Assembly (NCBI GenBank): GCA_012295275.1
Contig: CM022673.1
Span: 25,048,001 to 25,112,000, forward strand
DNA from: Chrysomallon squamiferum
Lineage: Eukaryota > Animalia > Mollusca
Direction: 5' to 3'
DNA length: 64,000 nt
This document shows positions 40,506-54,613 of the stretch, piece by piece; position 1 is the first letter of the stretch, and the number at the start of each line of letters is the position of its first letter. The notes beneath the pieces were generated by a model. That model was given only the letters and a program-made list of their open reading frames with translations, ran no database searches and was not told the DNA's origin. A program made the position numbers and the translations under genes.

Positions 40506-41054
40506 AATACGTGTTATATGATATGGTAATAAAACGTATTTGAAATAATTTAGCAGGTGTATCTGAGTATCTGATTATATAACATACATTATAATACAGC
40601 CGATATCTTGCATACATTCAACACTGTTTCGGAACAAAGTGTTGAACTCTATACTTAATGTGGGATGATTTCAGTCACTGACCAAGCTAAAGCTTTCCTT
40701 CATTCAATAATGACTCTCTCCTACTCCAGGTAACTGAGTACAGTTAATATTTTACTCAAGTAAAACAGTGTTCAGATTTGTATGGAAAGGAACATGTTCT
40801 ACACAATTTCTACTTAGTGGAAATAAAGAGTCTTCCAGAAAGCTGAATAATAAATATGAGCACACCATAAAGTTTTATTAATGCTTTTCTAACAGAGTTC
40901 AGCACCAAAATTCATTAATACATTTTAAAAACAGCAATAACTGGTTGAATAAAAATATGGTTAATATACAGTGTTTATACACATGCATACCTGTGTAAAT
41001 TATAGACACATACTACAGCACTGTAAGTTCATCAATATTATCTTTTATATATAA

Positions 41055-41237
41055 CAGCGCCATCCACATTTCATTGTTTTATAAATACTACAACATAATA
41101 TTTCATTAATGTTCACCATCAAAAATTCATTATTCATTTATAAAAACAACAAAACCAAATTTCAATATGTTCACCACTCAAGTTCATTAATATGTTTATA
41201 AATAAAACAATAGCAGCCAAATTTCAATAATGTTCTT
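41055..41237. repeat. Degenerate tandem repeat, about 55-65-bp unit
   Basis: atgttcacca...ttcatta...tttataaa...aacaa...ccaaatttcaata recurs about three times, with a related partial unit at about 40895-40935. Confidence 0.65.
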
Positions 41238-41497
41238 TTTATCTGAACTGATCTTAATTACAAAGCTCTCCACAGCAGTCAGATTAATGCAGAAGGCTTC
41301 ATTGTTGTTTTATCAGAATCAGCAAACACCATTAGTGCTGGAGACTAACAGTCTGTTTTACCTATAAACATTTTCAAAAGAATCAAGGAAAACATCACTG
41401 AGTGAAAAAGACAAATAACTTAAAAAGTTATTTCAGAAAAAATAATAATAATAATAAAATGACAATGGTAAGAAAGATTTAATCTTTTTCATTTACT

Positions 41498-41665
41498 GCG
41501 GATTACTTCAGTGGTTAGAGCAAGAGTTCAGCTGTGATAGGATACAGGATCAGTACTCCTCATGTTCTCACTGGATTAATTCCCATTTCATCAAAGTCTG
41601 TAGTATAGGCTTCCCTTTGTGTGTGTGAACATTTCATCAAAGTCTATGGTATGGGCTTCCCTGTC

Positions 41666-41667
<2 letters not shown>
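41498..41667 (+). mobile_element. Decayed SINE 5' part (tRNA-like head plus start of core) with an internal duplication of about 45 bp
   Basis: ttcagtggttagagc (A-box-like) ...ggatc...; atttcatcaaagtct(g/a)t(a/g)gtat(a/g)ggcttccct occurs twice, followed by (TG)n. Confidence 0.5.
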
Positions 41668-41706
<39 letters not shown>

Positions 41707-43070
41707 TAAGCAACAAGAACACAACACAAACTTTGCTAGAATGAAAATTCTGATTCCTAACTGTAATTGTAGAAATAATGTAAGAACAAATTTTAAATCT
41801 TTCTCTCAGCAAATATGTTAAAATAACATTTTTATTACAAAATCTGATGAAGGAAGGCACTAATGACCAAAACTGTTCAGTAATAAAGTAGGGGAACAAA
41901 AAAATCAGCTCACAGTTCAAGCATTAAAAATAACTAGATTTGATGATGTCCAGGGCAAATGAAAATACCTGCTTTATTTTGTTTCAGATTTAGCATTTTT
42001 CACCATAAAACTTGCATCCCAGTGTACATGACCTTACTGCACTGAACAGTGAGTTAAAAAAAAAAAAACACCTTCTGTTTAGAAATATCAAAATGTCTAA
42101 AATTCCTTTAGTTATTAATAAAATTAAACAAACAATTTGAAAATCTCAAAACAAGCTTCTATCTGAATTACCATTTGTCTTAACAAAAAAAAAAAAAAAA
42201 AAATAAGACATAAATAAATAAGCCAGAAGATAATATGATAACAAAACATGATCTAGACAGCTTATTACTTTTAGTACATATCTAAAGTTTTATTACTTTA
42301 TATAAATAAGATGGGTATCTGAAGCGTATTTCAGACACACCCAGAAAAGCAGGATCATATAAACCTAAATGTTTTACACATGATTTCTCCTATTGAAAAA
42401 CTTTTTTTTAAAAGTTTAGCCTTTTTTTTAAACAGGGAAGAGTCACAGTATCAAACTCTGAATTCATTAATATCTAACTCATGTGCAACAAAGAAAATAA
42501 TATATCAAATGCACATACATTCCATTCATTATCAGTACATACATGTGTAGGTATGTATATGTAAGTGAATATGTATGTAAAAGATAACGTAAATGATGAT
42601 TGCAGTAAACGATATCCAGAGTTATCAGTTAAATATCAGTTCCAATAATCTTAAAAATGAAGTTAATAATAAACGTCTTAAGTTACCATGTAAAAATGAA
42701 GAGTTTGTTCCAGTCAAATAACAGCTAAGTAAATCCCCTTGTAACCTGGTTCACTCTACAGTTTCATCAATTTCCTTCATTACAAGCTGTAATCGGACCA
42801 GACGTTGATGCCTCCCAGAGGTGCAGAATTAGACAGAGTGCATGTGTTCCCTTACAAAGCTAGAAATTAGCAACAGCATTTCTCATTACTGGACTGATTA
42901 AGCCTTTTGTAAGAGTTTTAAGTTTATTTACCACCAAAGTCCAAACAGCTATTGTTATGTTGCAGCAAAAAAAAAAAAAAAAAAAATGAGCTGATGAAAT
43001 TGATAATGGTTACATAAAGGATGAAATTAATTCTAAACTTTGAACACACATGTAGAACACACTGCTATTG

Positions 43071-43104
<34 letters not shown>

Positions 43105-43835
43105 TAAAAAAAAAATATTTAAAAAATTATGTGTGATATCAAATATACTTCCCACCCATTTTATTCTTATACCTTAAGTCTATCACTATATACACATGCA
43201 AAATCAGTTTCTTTATGGAGAAAGAAAAGAAAAAGAAGACAAATGATTTAAAAAGATTAGCCATGAAATAACAGGGTAGCAGAGCAGATTATCACACTGA
43301 TGCTGTATCTCTCTGCCTCACAGCATAATAAAAATAAAAAAAAAATTAAATAAAAAGAACATATGAAAAAAATTAGTAATAAATAATTGTGTCTGTGTGT
43401 GTGTGTGTGTGTGCACATGTGTGTGTAATTAGTATAATTTCTTCAGTTTGGTGCCAGTAAGAACTCTTTTCAAAATCTGTTTATGATTTTATAATTTATT
43501 TTCTGTATGAAAGAGATAAAGATATCATTTTATACAGAAAACAGTAACAAGATGTTTCAGCACCTTCAGAAGTCATAAAAATGAAGAAAAAAAAAAAATC
43601 ATTGTAACAAGTTTTTGTAGTCGTCAAACATTTTACCAGCAAAAAAAAAAAATGAATCCTTATATCACAATAGCTAACACTGATAAATTTGTCAAATATC
43701 AAAATACCAATATAAGCTTATAACCATCAGATCCTGTTTTATTTATGTTAAGCCTGACTTTTGTAATCAATGATCTGTGACTATGCCTGTGAACAGTGAA
43801 AAGAAAGAAAATAAAATTAAAAGTAAAAATTTTAC

Positions 43836-43988
43836 CTTCACATTTTCTTTAACATCCGAGGAACTGCTGTAATCAGTGACAAAAAAATTGAAGGCTGGGG
43901 GTGAGGATGGGCTGGGTTTCATCTGCACAGGCTGGATTCTCGACACTAAGGTCTCCACTGGATGGTGGTGTGCTTTCTTCGATTCCAT
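43836..43988 (-). CDS. First coding exon, 51 codons, phase 0 (MESKKAHHHPVETLVSRIQPVQMKPSPSSPPAFNFFVTDYSSSSDVKENVK); host gene unidentified
   Basis: Strong Kozak context aaccATGG, GC-elevated open frame, donor AAG|gtaaaa followed by pyrimidine/AT-rich intron. Confidence 0.72.
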
Positions 43989-44220
43989 GGTTTGCAGTAA
44001 TCCACTTTTCAGAACACACAACGTTACTTTACACACAAAAATAATCACAAACTAACACGATCCTCATCAACGATTTCACTTCAAACTTTTAAAACAAAAA
44101 CGACTTCCTCAGGCATTCTCATAATAACTTTTTTATTTATTTCTTTTTTAGAATACAAGTAAATTTTTAAAAAAAAATAAAGTAATTATATATGTATATT
44201 TATATGTATTAATATAATAT

Positions 44221-44254
<34 letters not shown>

Positions 44255-44329
44255 TTTTTATATTTTTTTATTCCAGTTGTGTTTTAAACTTAATTATAAT
44301 CCAGAGTGTAATACAGAAATACACTGTAC

Positions 44330-44700
44330 ATGTATTGCAAGACAACAAACAACAGCAGCAGCAGCTAACTCCTCAAGTTAACAGTGAGCAGTGTGCACAC
44401 ACTTGTACCACAGACCAAGCCAAGGCAACCAGTGAATGACAACTGCAAGAGAAACACTACAAAAGGCGACACACTCTGTATAATTTCCGCCTGCTAGCCT
44501 TGGAGACTGTCAAGGCATATCATATCTATGGGGCATGCAAAATGAGCAGGTCAGGCTAAGTGAAGCAGATCAGCTGGTGTCAGGGGTTCATCCAATTGCT
44601 ACCTGTAGACCCAGGGAATAAAATTTAAAGAGGAAACCTGGGGTGGGTTATAGCTAGCATTCATAACATTGAGGCTGGGGTCCAAAGGGTCAGTGTCCAT
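44330..44700 (-). promoter_or_regulatory. Probable promoter region of the 43.9 kb exon
   Basis: GC-elevated, non-repetitive block about 350-700 bp upstream of the ATG, with a few retained CpGs. Confidence 0.35.
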
Positions 44701-45018
44701 TTGAAAAGTTCATGTGTTTATTTCAATTGCATTTGATATTTATGTTATTTACAGTTATGGATTGTGTTTCTGTATAACACAAAACTACAGGCGTTTGAAA
44801 CTGATCCTTTTTTGTTTCCAGCTTGGGATGAAATGCAAGCTAATTAATTTATTAAATATTCTGTTGTTGTTGTTTTTTTGTTTTTTTTTAAAACACAGGC
44901 TAATATTCACAGCAGAGGGAGGTGTTGGTGTCTGGTTAAAACAGATTACAAGTTACTTCATATTTAAAATTAAACATGTTTGTAATAGGGTTTGTTGCAT
45001 ACAAATAGTGATACATAC

Positions 45019-45098
45019 ATGTGTGTGTGTGTGTGTTTGTGTGTGTTGTGTGTGTGTGTGTTTAGGTGTGTTTGTATGTGTGCATGTGTGTATGTGTG

Positions 45099-45136
<38 letters not shown>
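45019..45136. repeat. Imperfect (TG)n microsatellite
   Basis: Directly visible. Confidence 0.95.
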
Positions 45137-45137
<1 letters not shown>

Positions 45138-45409
45138 ATGTGAAGCAAATGAATTTTTAATTCTCTGCAGAAATTATTAATTTTTTTGATGTGGATATTT
45201 GTTTTTAACTTTTCAAAATGTTTTGTATTAAATGATTAGGTAAAAAATAAAATAAAGAAAAATTAGTTATATTTAGTAAACAAATGAAAAGTAAATAAGA
45301 AAACTTATCACTCGATAAATCTAATCTTGAATATGATCACAAACTATGTAAATTAATGGCTTTAAGCAAAAGGGAGGCATTTTATTACTGTCAGTAATAA
45401 CGCAATTAT

Positions 45410-45411
<2 letters not shown>

Positions 45412-45456
<45 letters not shown>

Positions 45457-45568
45457 GAGATAGATAGATATAGATATGTACTCAAAAACACACACACACA
45501 CACACACATACACACTCATAGATATATAGATATAGATATGTACTCAAACACACACACACACACACACA
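45412..45568. repeat. (CA)n tracts with a duplicated tagatatagatatgtactcaaaa linker
   Basis: Directly visible. Confidence 0.92.
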
Positions 45569-46957
45569 TGTAGAATTTATTTCACTGCATATCAAATATA
45601 TTTTTATGATTCTTCAATGCATTATAATTGGATGATAAATTTTAAAATGGCAGTTTGATGATTTTTATACTGAAAACACCCTGCATGGGCTTTTCTTCTT
45701 TTTCTTTATCTGAACTTATATTCAGTACAGATGCACTGTCATGTATATGATAAATTATTCATTCTTTACAACACTTCTGTTCTGAATTGAGTGTACTTTG
45801 ATTTTCGTAAATTTTGTATTAGTGATCATTGTTGTCAACACAAAATGAAAATGATTTATTAATGTCCCAAATCATTAGGATACTGTAATTTTAGAAATGC
45901 TTATTAAACCAGATATTACATCATATCAATCACAACTTAACTAAACAGTCACTTCATGTTGTTTGCATTTATGCAGGGGAAACTTTTACCAAAGCTGTTC
46001 AAATTTTATCAATGCTGCATCATCATTTTAATAATGAAAGAAAAACACATTCAGTTTTAGACAGTTCTGCAGTTTTAATCATAACAGATGTTTAAAATAA
46101 AATAACATATCATAGAATATTATGAAGAATAGAAAATTATGAAGAATAAATATACAACTAACATGGCATCAAATCCTGTAACAAATCAAAACTAACACTG
46201 AGTGGAAACACAAGTCACAGAAATATCTATACATATACCACATCAATAAACATTAATAAACACATCTTATCGTGGACATATGTTAAATAAATAAATTGAT
46301 TACAAATTAAACAAGACATGAATAATGCATGTTATTCATTTGGGATATATCAGGTCACACATGTAAAAATTTATAAACAATAATTAAATTATTTTAGAAA
46401 AAAATCAATAAACTAGATTACATACAATGTCAGTGACACTAGAGTTTTAATACCAAGTGTTGATATAATCTCTTAATAATCTAAATAAAATATACACTGT
46501 AATTAATCCTTTGCCAATATTCATTAATCAACAAAATAAAATAATCATTGAAATGTTCACTTTTTACATAAGCATTTTAAATCATTGTTTAAATTTGAGA
46601 CTTAATTTCTACTGATTTATTTAATAATTAACTTTCAAAAAAAAAAAAATAATAATAATAAAAAAAAATAGAATAAATAAAATTACATCTACAATCTGCA
46701 AACATTTAATTTCCAGGATCAATCAAAAAAACAACAAAAAAAAAGCCAAACCTAATCTGATTCTTCTTCAAACTGCCATAAAAAATCTTTGTCTCAACAA
46801 TAGAAAATGTAAAAAATTAAATCCTCAGTAATTGTGTTCACAAGTTTTTATATTAGTAGTGAACACTGCAAACCAAATTATCTAGACTTTTGGTGCTCCT
46901 TAACCCATGTGATGTACTAAAAAATAAAATACTTTATAAAAGGTAAAAATTCATTAC

Positions 46958-46972
46958 CTGTCCCTCCCCCAT
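46958..46972 (-). CDS. Candidate micro first coding exon (MGEGQ), phase 0
   Basis: tcaATG GGG GAG GGA CAG|gtaatg. No CpG island supports it, so it may be chance. Confidence 0.18.
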
Positions 46973-47411
46973 TGATTTTAAAGAATGCAATGTCTTAAAT
47001 TTAAATTATTTTTTTTACTATTATAAATAATTTTGTAATTCATTATTATTTTTACTATTGTTGTTGTTGTTATTATTATTATTATTATTATTTGTTTTTG
47101 TTGTTCTTGCTGAATTCATGTTTAACAAGACAGGACAATTATGTTTATAAATTCTATTTTCTTTGAACACAAACAAAGCCAAATGCAGATGGGAAAAATG
47201 TCAGCATTGATAAGTAGTGGTAGACCTAACAAGCATAATTCCAATGATAAGAATATTATAATCTGTAAGACTGTAATGTTGGCCTGATGTATCATGTGAT
47301 CATTTCTTTTCAATATGGCAACCTGAACTGTTGACCTTACATCCAAAGATTGTCATAGGTGATTTCCTTTTTATGGGATGCTTCATATAAACAAATATTT
47401 CATGTTAATTG

Positions 47412-47448
<37 letters not shown>

Positions 47449-48076
47449 ATATTTTGCAATGACCTAACAGGTTACATTTCTCTGTTTATCAAAATAAAGT
47501 CCTTATAATAACTGTTCCTAAAAAAAAAAACATATTGTATACTATATCATAAATTAATGTTAAAAAGTAGTTCATTCATGTTGTTAAAATGAATTTATGA
47601 CTACATTTTTAATGTAATAATTATTACACAACTCAATAAAAACAAAGCTAAGATCTTTCACACAGGACAAACAACAGCAACAACATATTATTATTATTAT
47701 TATTATTTACAGCTGAAAAGAGTGTTAATAAAGAAGAAAGTTTAACATTTTACTATTGTTTTACTTTCAGACACACTAAAACGCGATCATCCTGCATGCC
47801 ACAGTTCATGTTATTTAATCAGCTAAGACTGGTTATGATAGCACGGGTTCAAGAGATGACTCTGCCTGCTGTTACATTACCAACGCCAGTTCCACTGAGT
47901 GCATGATGAGAGAAGAGCTCATGAAACAGAGAACATGCCCAGTGAGGCACTGTGACCTGCCAGCTTGTTAAACCACATCTGATTTTGTTGCTATCAAGTC
48001 ATCAGGTGTAATCTGCATGTGCAAATTATCAATTTTCTTCCACTTCTTTCTTTTTTATTTCTGTATATTTTTCTTT

Positions 48077-48112
<36 letters not shown>

Positions 48113-48755
48113 TATTTATTATATACTTATTTATTTATTTATTATCTATTTATTTATTTATTTATTTTTTAATTTATTTTTTTTTTTTTTTTTTTTTTTT
48201 TTTGAATATTCTTATAATTTAATAAACAAAAAAATCTTCACGTCTTCCAGTCAGTTTTGATCTGTTTTTGTTAATGTTTTGTAAATCACAAATGAATTCT
48301 TAATACATGTTTTTGAATTATTTCAGACAGATTAGCTGAAACAATCAGGTTTTTTTTTTTTTTTTTGTCATTGTTATTTATTTATTTTCTTTGCTGAGTC
48401 AGTAGAAAGAAAATAAAAATAAAAATGTATGTGATTTTTTGTTCATGTGTGCTTGTGGACCTTTGGATGTGAGTATGTGAACAAATTAATCATCTGTTCA
48501 GACTGAGCAATGACAGACAAATCTGCTACTGACCCTGAGGCAATGGTTATCAGTCTGTACCAGGGATCATTTCATATGTATTAGACATTACCAAAAAACC
48601 CAAGAAAACACCCAAAACACCCCACCCAAAACACAAAAACAATTTGTAATTAAGAATGTTTAATCTTATATTTGTTTTACTAACTTACCATTGGCACTTG
48701 TGTCAATGAATTTACTGACCTGGCAAAAATATACATGTACATTTGAACATGCCTG

Positions 48756-48757
<2 letters not shown>

Positions 48758-48801
<44 letters not shown>
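48758..48801. repeat. (CA)n microsatellite
   Basis: Directly visible. Confidence 0.96.
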
Positions 48802-48802
<1 letters not shown>

Positions 48803-51800
48803 TCAAACATTTGCACACAAAAACTGTCTTTCTCTCCATCAAAAAAAGCCCATTAAAAAACAAACAAAAAAACACTTTTTATAAAACTTATATTTTATCT
48901 TAACGTCAGAGAAAAAAACCCACATCTTTTCTCAGTTCATTAACAACGTATATTTTTTCATTGCTTTTATTTCCTTTCTTTATTGAGACACTATTATTAT
49001 TGTGCTCTAAGAATGTTTATTACTTCTTTTTTTTTTACATATCATTTAATCTGAGAAAAATAACACTTAACATTGCTCATTCATTGGCGACCTTTCATTA
49101 TCTAGAAGTTAAATCAGTAAACACTGATAAACACACTTCTGAAACTTAATCTGAACTGTATCATCCCATTTGTTACAGTCTACAACAAAATAGAAGAATA
49201 ACCATACCAGTCTCTCAATCTTGTCTACAATAAAAAAAAAAAAAAAATTCTGACAAAATTAATAATTATCTTATATAAAGAAACAATAGAAATAAATTAT
49301 TCATACATATATATATATGTATATTTAATTAATGTGAATAACTCATATGAATAGAATCTCTATAGAACACATAAATATACAGCAAGCCAAAATGCCATAC
49401 ATTAAATGTCCCATTGTATTTACAATAATGTTGAGATTGAATTTTGTCAAACTTTATTTTAACAGCATTATTTTATTACTAGATTAATAAAAAATGTATT
49501 ATGCATTTCCGTTTAGATTAACATTTATAATGCATTAAAGCTCAAAGGTCAAGTAACTGAAAATAATTGTGTTGTAACTGGGAAAAAGGTGCTTAAACAA
49601 AGATGACCTTTGAACTCTGAAGATTATGTCCTCAAATTCAATCATTTGCTTTTAGCCAACTTTTGAATTAGTTTCAGTGTGCATTTTCTTTGTTAAGCTT
49701 TATGAGGGAGTCATGCATTTGACCTGCATGGGACATTAATGTGTGTATGGCCAGTTAGGCACGTTCTACAAGCTCTGCATATCCCAGGTTGGCAATATGG
49801 AAGATAAACTTGCAGTCTATTTACAGAGCTGACTCCAAGTGTTTGTCAGTTTGGTCCGGACTTGAACAACATAACAATTAGCAATGCTTGCTTTACGACA
49901 GAGCTCGGGAAATAACAACACAAGTCTCAGTTTCTTCCAGAATATCTTAATATTTGTTTACAGTCTCTTCTCATGGACAACAGAAATTATTCCAAACTAT
50001 AATGTTTATTTTTATTTTATTTTATTTTTTTTTGGAAAATATTTAAGTTCTGCAAATAGAAAAGAAAGCATTCATTTCATTTTCTGTCCATCTTGGTAAA
50101 TGTGTATGTGGCTCCACTGATATATCATTATCAAAGGTTAACATCAATTTTTTTTTTCTTTTTCAAACTAATATTATGTTATTATATATATATATATATA
50201 TATTATAATGTTCTTTTCTTTCTTTTCCTTTTAAATAAAATTATATGAATCTACACTGAATAATCATACTTTTATAATTTCCACAAAAAGTTTGTTTCAT
50301 ATTCAGGGCATGAAGGAAAGATTTATATGTGGATTTTATTGTGGGTTATAAACATTAAATTGCTTTGAATAAAACTTTATTGCTCCGGGTAATTGAATTC
50401 TTAAACACCTTTACTTTCTAAATGATACATAATTTCAGTTTCAAAATAAAAGTGTATATATATATTCACTAAACATAATTATACAACATGCTCTATAAAT
50501 GTTAAAATAACTTTAAGTAAGAAACATTTTTAAAACAATGGTAGATTGTAAAACAAATTGTAGTAATAATAATAATAATAATAATAAAAATAAAATAAAA
50601 TAAAATAAATAAATAATAATAATTACACATAAACACATGCATGCACACACAAAAACACAGGCCACCAGATTATGACATTCAAAAAAGTGATAAGCTGATC
50701 ATCAATTTAATTTGGCTTAAATAAATAAAAACTTTAGCATACCATTATAGATGGTTTTTTCTTCTTCTTCATTTTTTATATTTTTGTTGTTGTAATTAAT
50801 ATAAAACTGTTTACATTTAAAATATCATGTCTCTTATATTTTATTAATAGGATTTAAAAGGTTTGCATTAAAACCTTATAATAAATAAATAAATAAATAA
50901 ATAAATTTTAAAAATGACAATTGTGTAATGCTGAAAACAAACAAACCCTCATAAATATTGACTAATTAATGTGCTAATCACAATAAATTATTTTATTATT
51001 TATTTATTTATTTAAAAAACGTTTTGAAATATTAATGACAACTAGAAATTCACTGTTACAGCAGTACTCAAACACACCAAAATTAAAATTAACATTACAA
51101 AGACATTGATGCCTTCAGTTGAATGAATTCTCTAAACATAGCTGTTCTTTTACAATATATTCTTTTAAAAATATTTAAAATTATCTCCAAGCAAATTTCG
51201 ATGACTTCCTTCCTTCAAGACTCCAACAAAAGGGAATATTTCCTGAATTAAGACAAAGATTGTTAATACAGGCATCATCCTAGACAAACATGTTTTTCAA
51301 GGACTTGCATGAAAACTGCTCTGGAGTTAATGACGTTGTTGCCTGTTTCTGTCAATTTGCATGAGAGATATGTTGATACTACTTGACAAATTTTTTTACC
51401 GGCTCTTCACTGATGCATTCAAGTCACTTGTGATAAAATAAACAATTTACTCTGCTTTTAAAAAAATAAAATAAAAATAATCTCAATAATAATACTGTTT
51501 GAAGAATCAGCAGTTTTGGAGCAAGGAAACTATTAATTATACTGACAGCAGTGAAACCAGTGAATCCACTGAATCACAATAAGTATGTATAAATTATATG
51601 TTTCATGATGATATCATTCTAAATCAGAATGAAGAAATTTTCAGTATGTGTGTGTGTGTGTGTTTTGAAAGAAGAACAAGAAGAAATAATAAAAACAAAA
51701 TTCAGAAAAAAAACACCAAAAAAACAAACAAAAAAAGATTCTACTTCACTCAAGGTCTTCTAAATATATTTCTTAATTTTCTGACTAATATGTCATTTTC

Positions 51801-52591
51801 AACGATTATGTCACTTCTAAACATCAACTCATTATTAAATCAATCAGCCTACTGAAAGTAAAAAAAACCCTAATAAACTATGAGTTTTAAAATAAATTTA
51901 ATATATACACTTTTCATTACACAAACATGTGAAATAACAGAACCAAAAATGTCTTTTCTATAAAAAAACAACTAATTTAACAGAATCTTTCATATTTTTG
52001 AAAAAACGACAAAAAATACAAAACAACAACAACAACAACAAAGAAAACAAACACACAAACTGACAGACAAGTGTCATTGGATCAAAATCCTCACCTGCCA
52101 CTATCAGCAGCAGATCTAAGAACTTTTGTTTGGTGATTTCAGAACTCTTCTGTGTTCTGAGTGGGGCCTAAGACTCTATACTGGTTGCAAATATACTAAA
52201 CAGTACTGCAGTCAGTGTATATATATATATATATTTTTTTATATGTGAAGTCTTTTTAAAAATAAACCTACTACATCTGCATAATGATTTTTAAATTGTA
52301 TCTATCTATTTATATATATGAATCATCTACTATTCAACTGGGAACCTTCCCCCTTACAAATAATACTTGCCCTTGCTATGATATTCAAATGACCTATCCA
52401 GGTGTCTATGTCTCTTTATTTTCCAATCGTGCAAGAAGCAGTCATTTTTTTTTGTGAATGTTAACATGACCTTTTTATGAAAGTGTTACCATGGTACAAA
52501 ATTTTCAAAGTTTGAGAAATGCACTAATTTATTTTTGAAGTGAATTAAAACTGAAATTAGTTTCTGCCATTATCACAAAAGAATATGAATC

Positions 52592-52627
<36 letters not shown>

Positions 52628-54578
52628 GGAAATAAAGTAAATGAATTTATAATATGTACATAAATATATTAAACTCTACATTAATATCTTTGATGCAACA
52701 TGTAGCTAGTCATTATGTCAGATGTAAACACAATGGTTTTCGTAAATAATAACAGACTTTAGCAGTTATTATCCAAAAGGAACCATTAGTTTCTTAATTC
52801 AAATGGACTGGAAATGAGAGAGTTTTGGTTCAGAATTTTGAAAGCAAACTGACATCGGAGTTTATGAGACATTTTGGCTGGGACCCAGTACATAACCACA
52901 TCCAACTGATTAGTACCAATGATGCACGAAGCCACAGGCTGTGAAAACTGAAATGTTAAGTAAGATTTCTCATATCTGGACAACCAAGATTGTCTCAAGG
53001 TGTTCCACCTTTTAACCCAGGGGCAGCTGTAATCTGCATATTTAATCTCATTGTTACTCCTCCTGTAAGAACAGTTAAAACTATAGGAACTGTTAAAATG
53101 GTAACGATAATGGTAACGTTTCAGTGTTCAAGGTAGTTAAAGAGATGTATTATATTTTTTTTTTTTTTTTTTTTTTAACTTCATTTTTTATTATTATGTT
53201 TTAATTTTTGGTTGCCAGTAAGTTTATCACAACTCCAGAGTGAGAAAATAAAAGTCTGAAAAGATATTTTTTAAAAACCACCACAGATTTCTAAATACTG
53301 AGACAATTTTAACTTGTAAGAAATTAAATCAAATCTCAGTTGCAGTGAAACACATGATAAACTGGTGTTTTTGTCTGTTATATGTGTCATTGAACTGTCC
53401 TCTGTAATCTAATGACTCTAGCTGACATCTAAATACCGGTTACTACACGTCTGCAGTTTCAGGTTATTCTGTAATGATACATGTGAGTACATTACTCTAT
53501 ATCCTCCCCTTGTGTTTTACAGACATTCTTTTCCCCTTTCTTCTTCTTCTTTTTTTCTTCTTTTCTGTTCACTGAAGATCATCTCCATTTCTGAAATTCC
53601 GTCAATATGTGTACTGTTTTGGTCTAAATACTATAAAATAAGAATCTGAAACAAAACTAAAAATCTGTGTTGTTGTGAATATCATGTAAATGGTACCACA
53701 GACGTTAAGCAGCACTTGGTTTCAGTCAGCTAATTGGTTTAAGCGAGTAACACTGAGCCAAACACCGAACCAGGCTACAGTCAAATGAAACGGTAATCGA
53801 GACAGCCCAAGTTCAACCGAAGGAATTTACAAACTTAATCTGCTAATTTACAATCCTTGCAAATCTTGATTAAAAACCAGAGATGGTAGTTTGGCTGCAT
53901 TTTCCCTTGTATTTCCCCAAGGGCTAAGTATGCACAATCCATTCTGTCACACAAAGAAAACTGCCAAACAGTAAATGATTTAAAGGACTACAGGTCCTTC
54001 CTGTGCTATTATGAAAATAGATAAGTGAAAAATTGTAACTGTAATCAGTACTAATAATCTTAAAAACATGTTATTTCTGCTCTTCGACGTTCATGTAGTG
54101 CACTATAAACTGATAAACAATGATATGCACATCTGTTTCATATACTTTGTGTCTTATATGAATAAATTGTTATAAACAAATTTAAGTATGTTTAAATTAT
54201 AGTTCAATATCTAAATTTTTTTAAAATATCAAAATCCAATTCTTCTTTAAAAAAATAAAAAAATAAAAAAACACCAAAACACCAATTTATTCCCTTTTCT
54301 TTTGTAAATGAAAAAAACCATAAGCTCTCTGATTATAACTGATTCCTGGTTCTGTAACAATACTCAAGCTGCTAGAAATACTTTTCACTTTGTTTTCTCA
54401 CCTGCCAGTAACCTGAGCAAGACAAATACTGAAGAGTTGTTTAGCCATTCTACTGGAATGTTAGCTTAAACTATTAACTTATAATCCATACCAATATATC
54501 ACAAATCTGATGACTGTGCTTTTTCATTTCTTGCCCATCAATCCATGGAAAATGCAACATATTATATATGTGTATGTT

Positions 54579-54613
<35 letters not shown>

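Noticed and set aside
41498-41570. tRNA gene
   Set aside because: An A-box-like start is present but there is no cloverleaf or intact B-box, and it continues into SINE core sequence.
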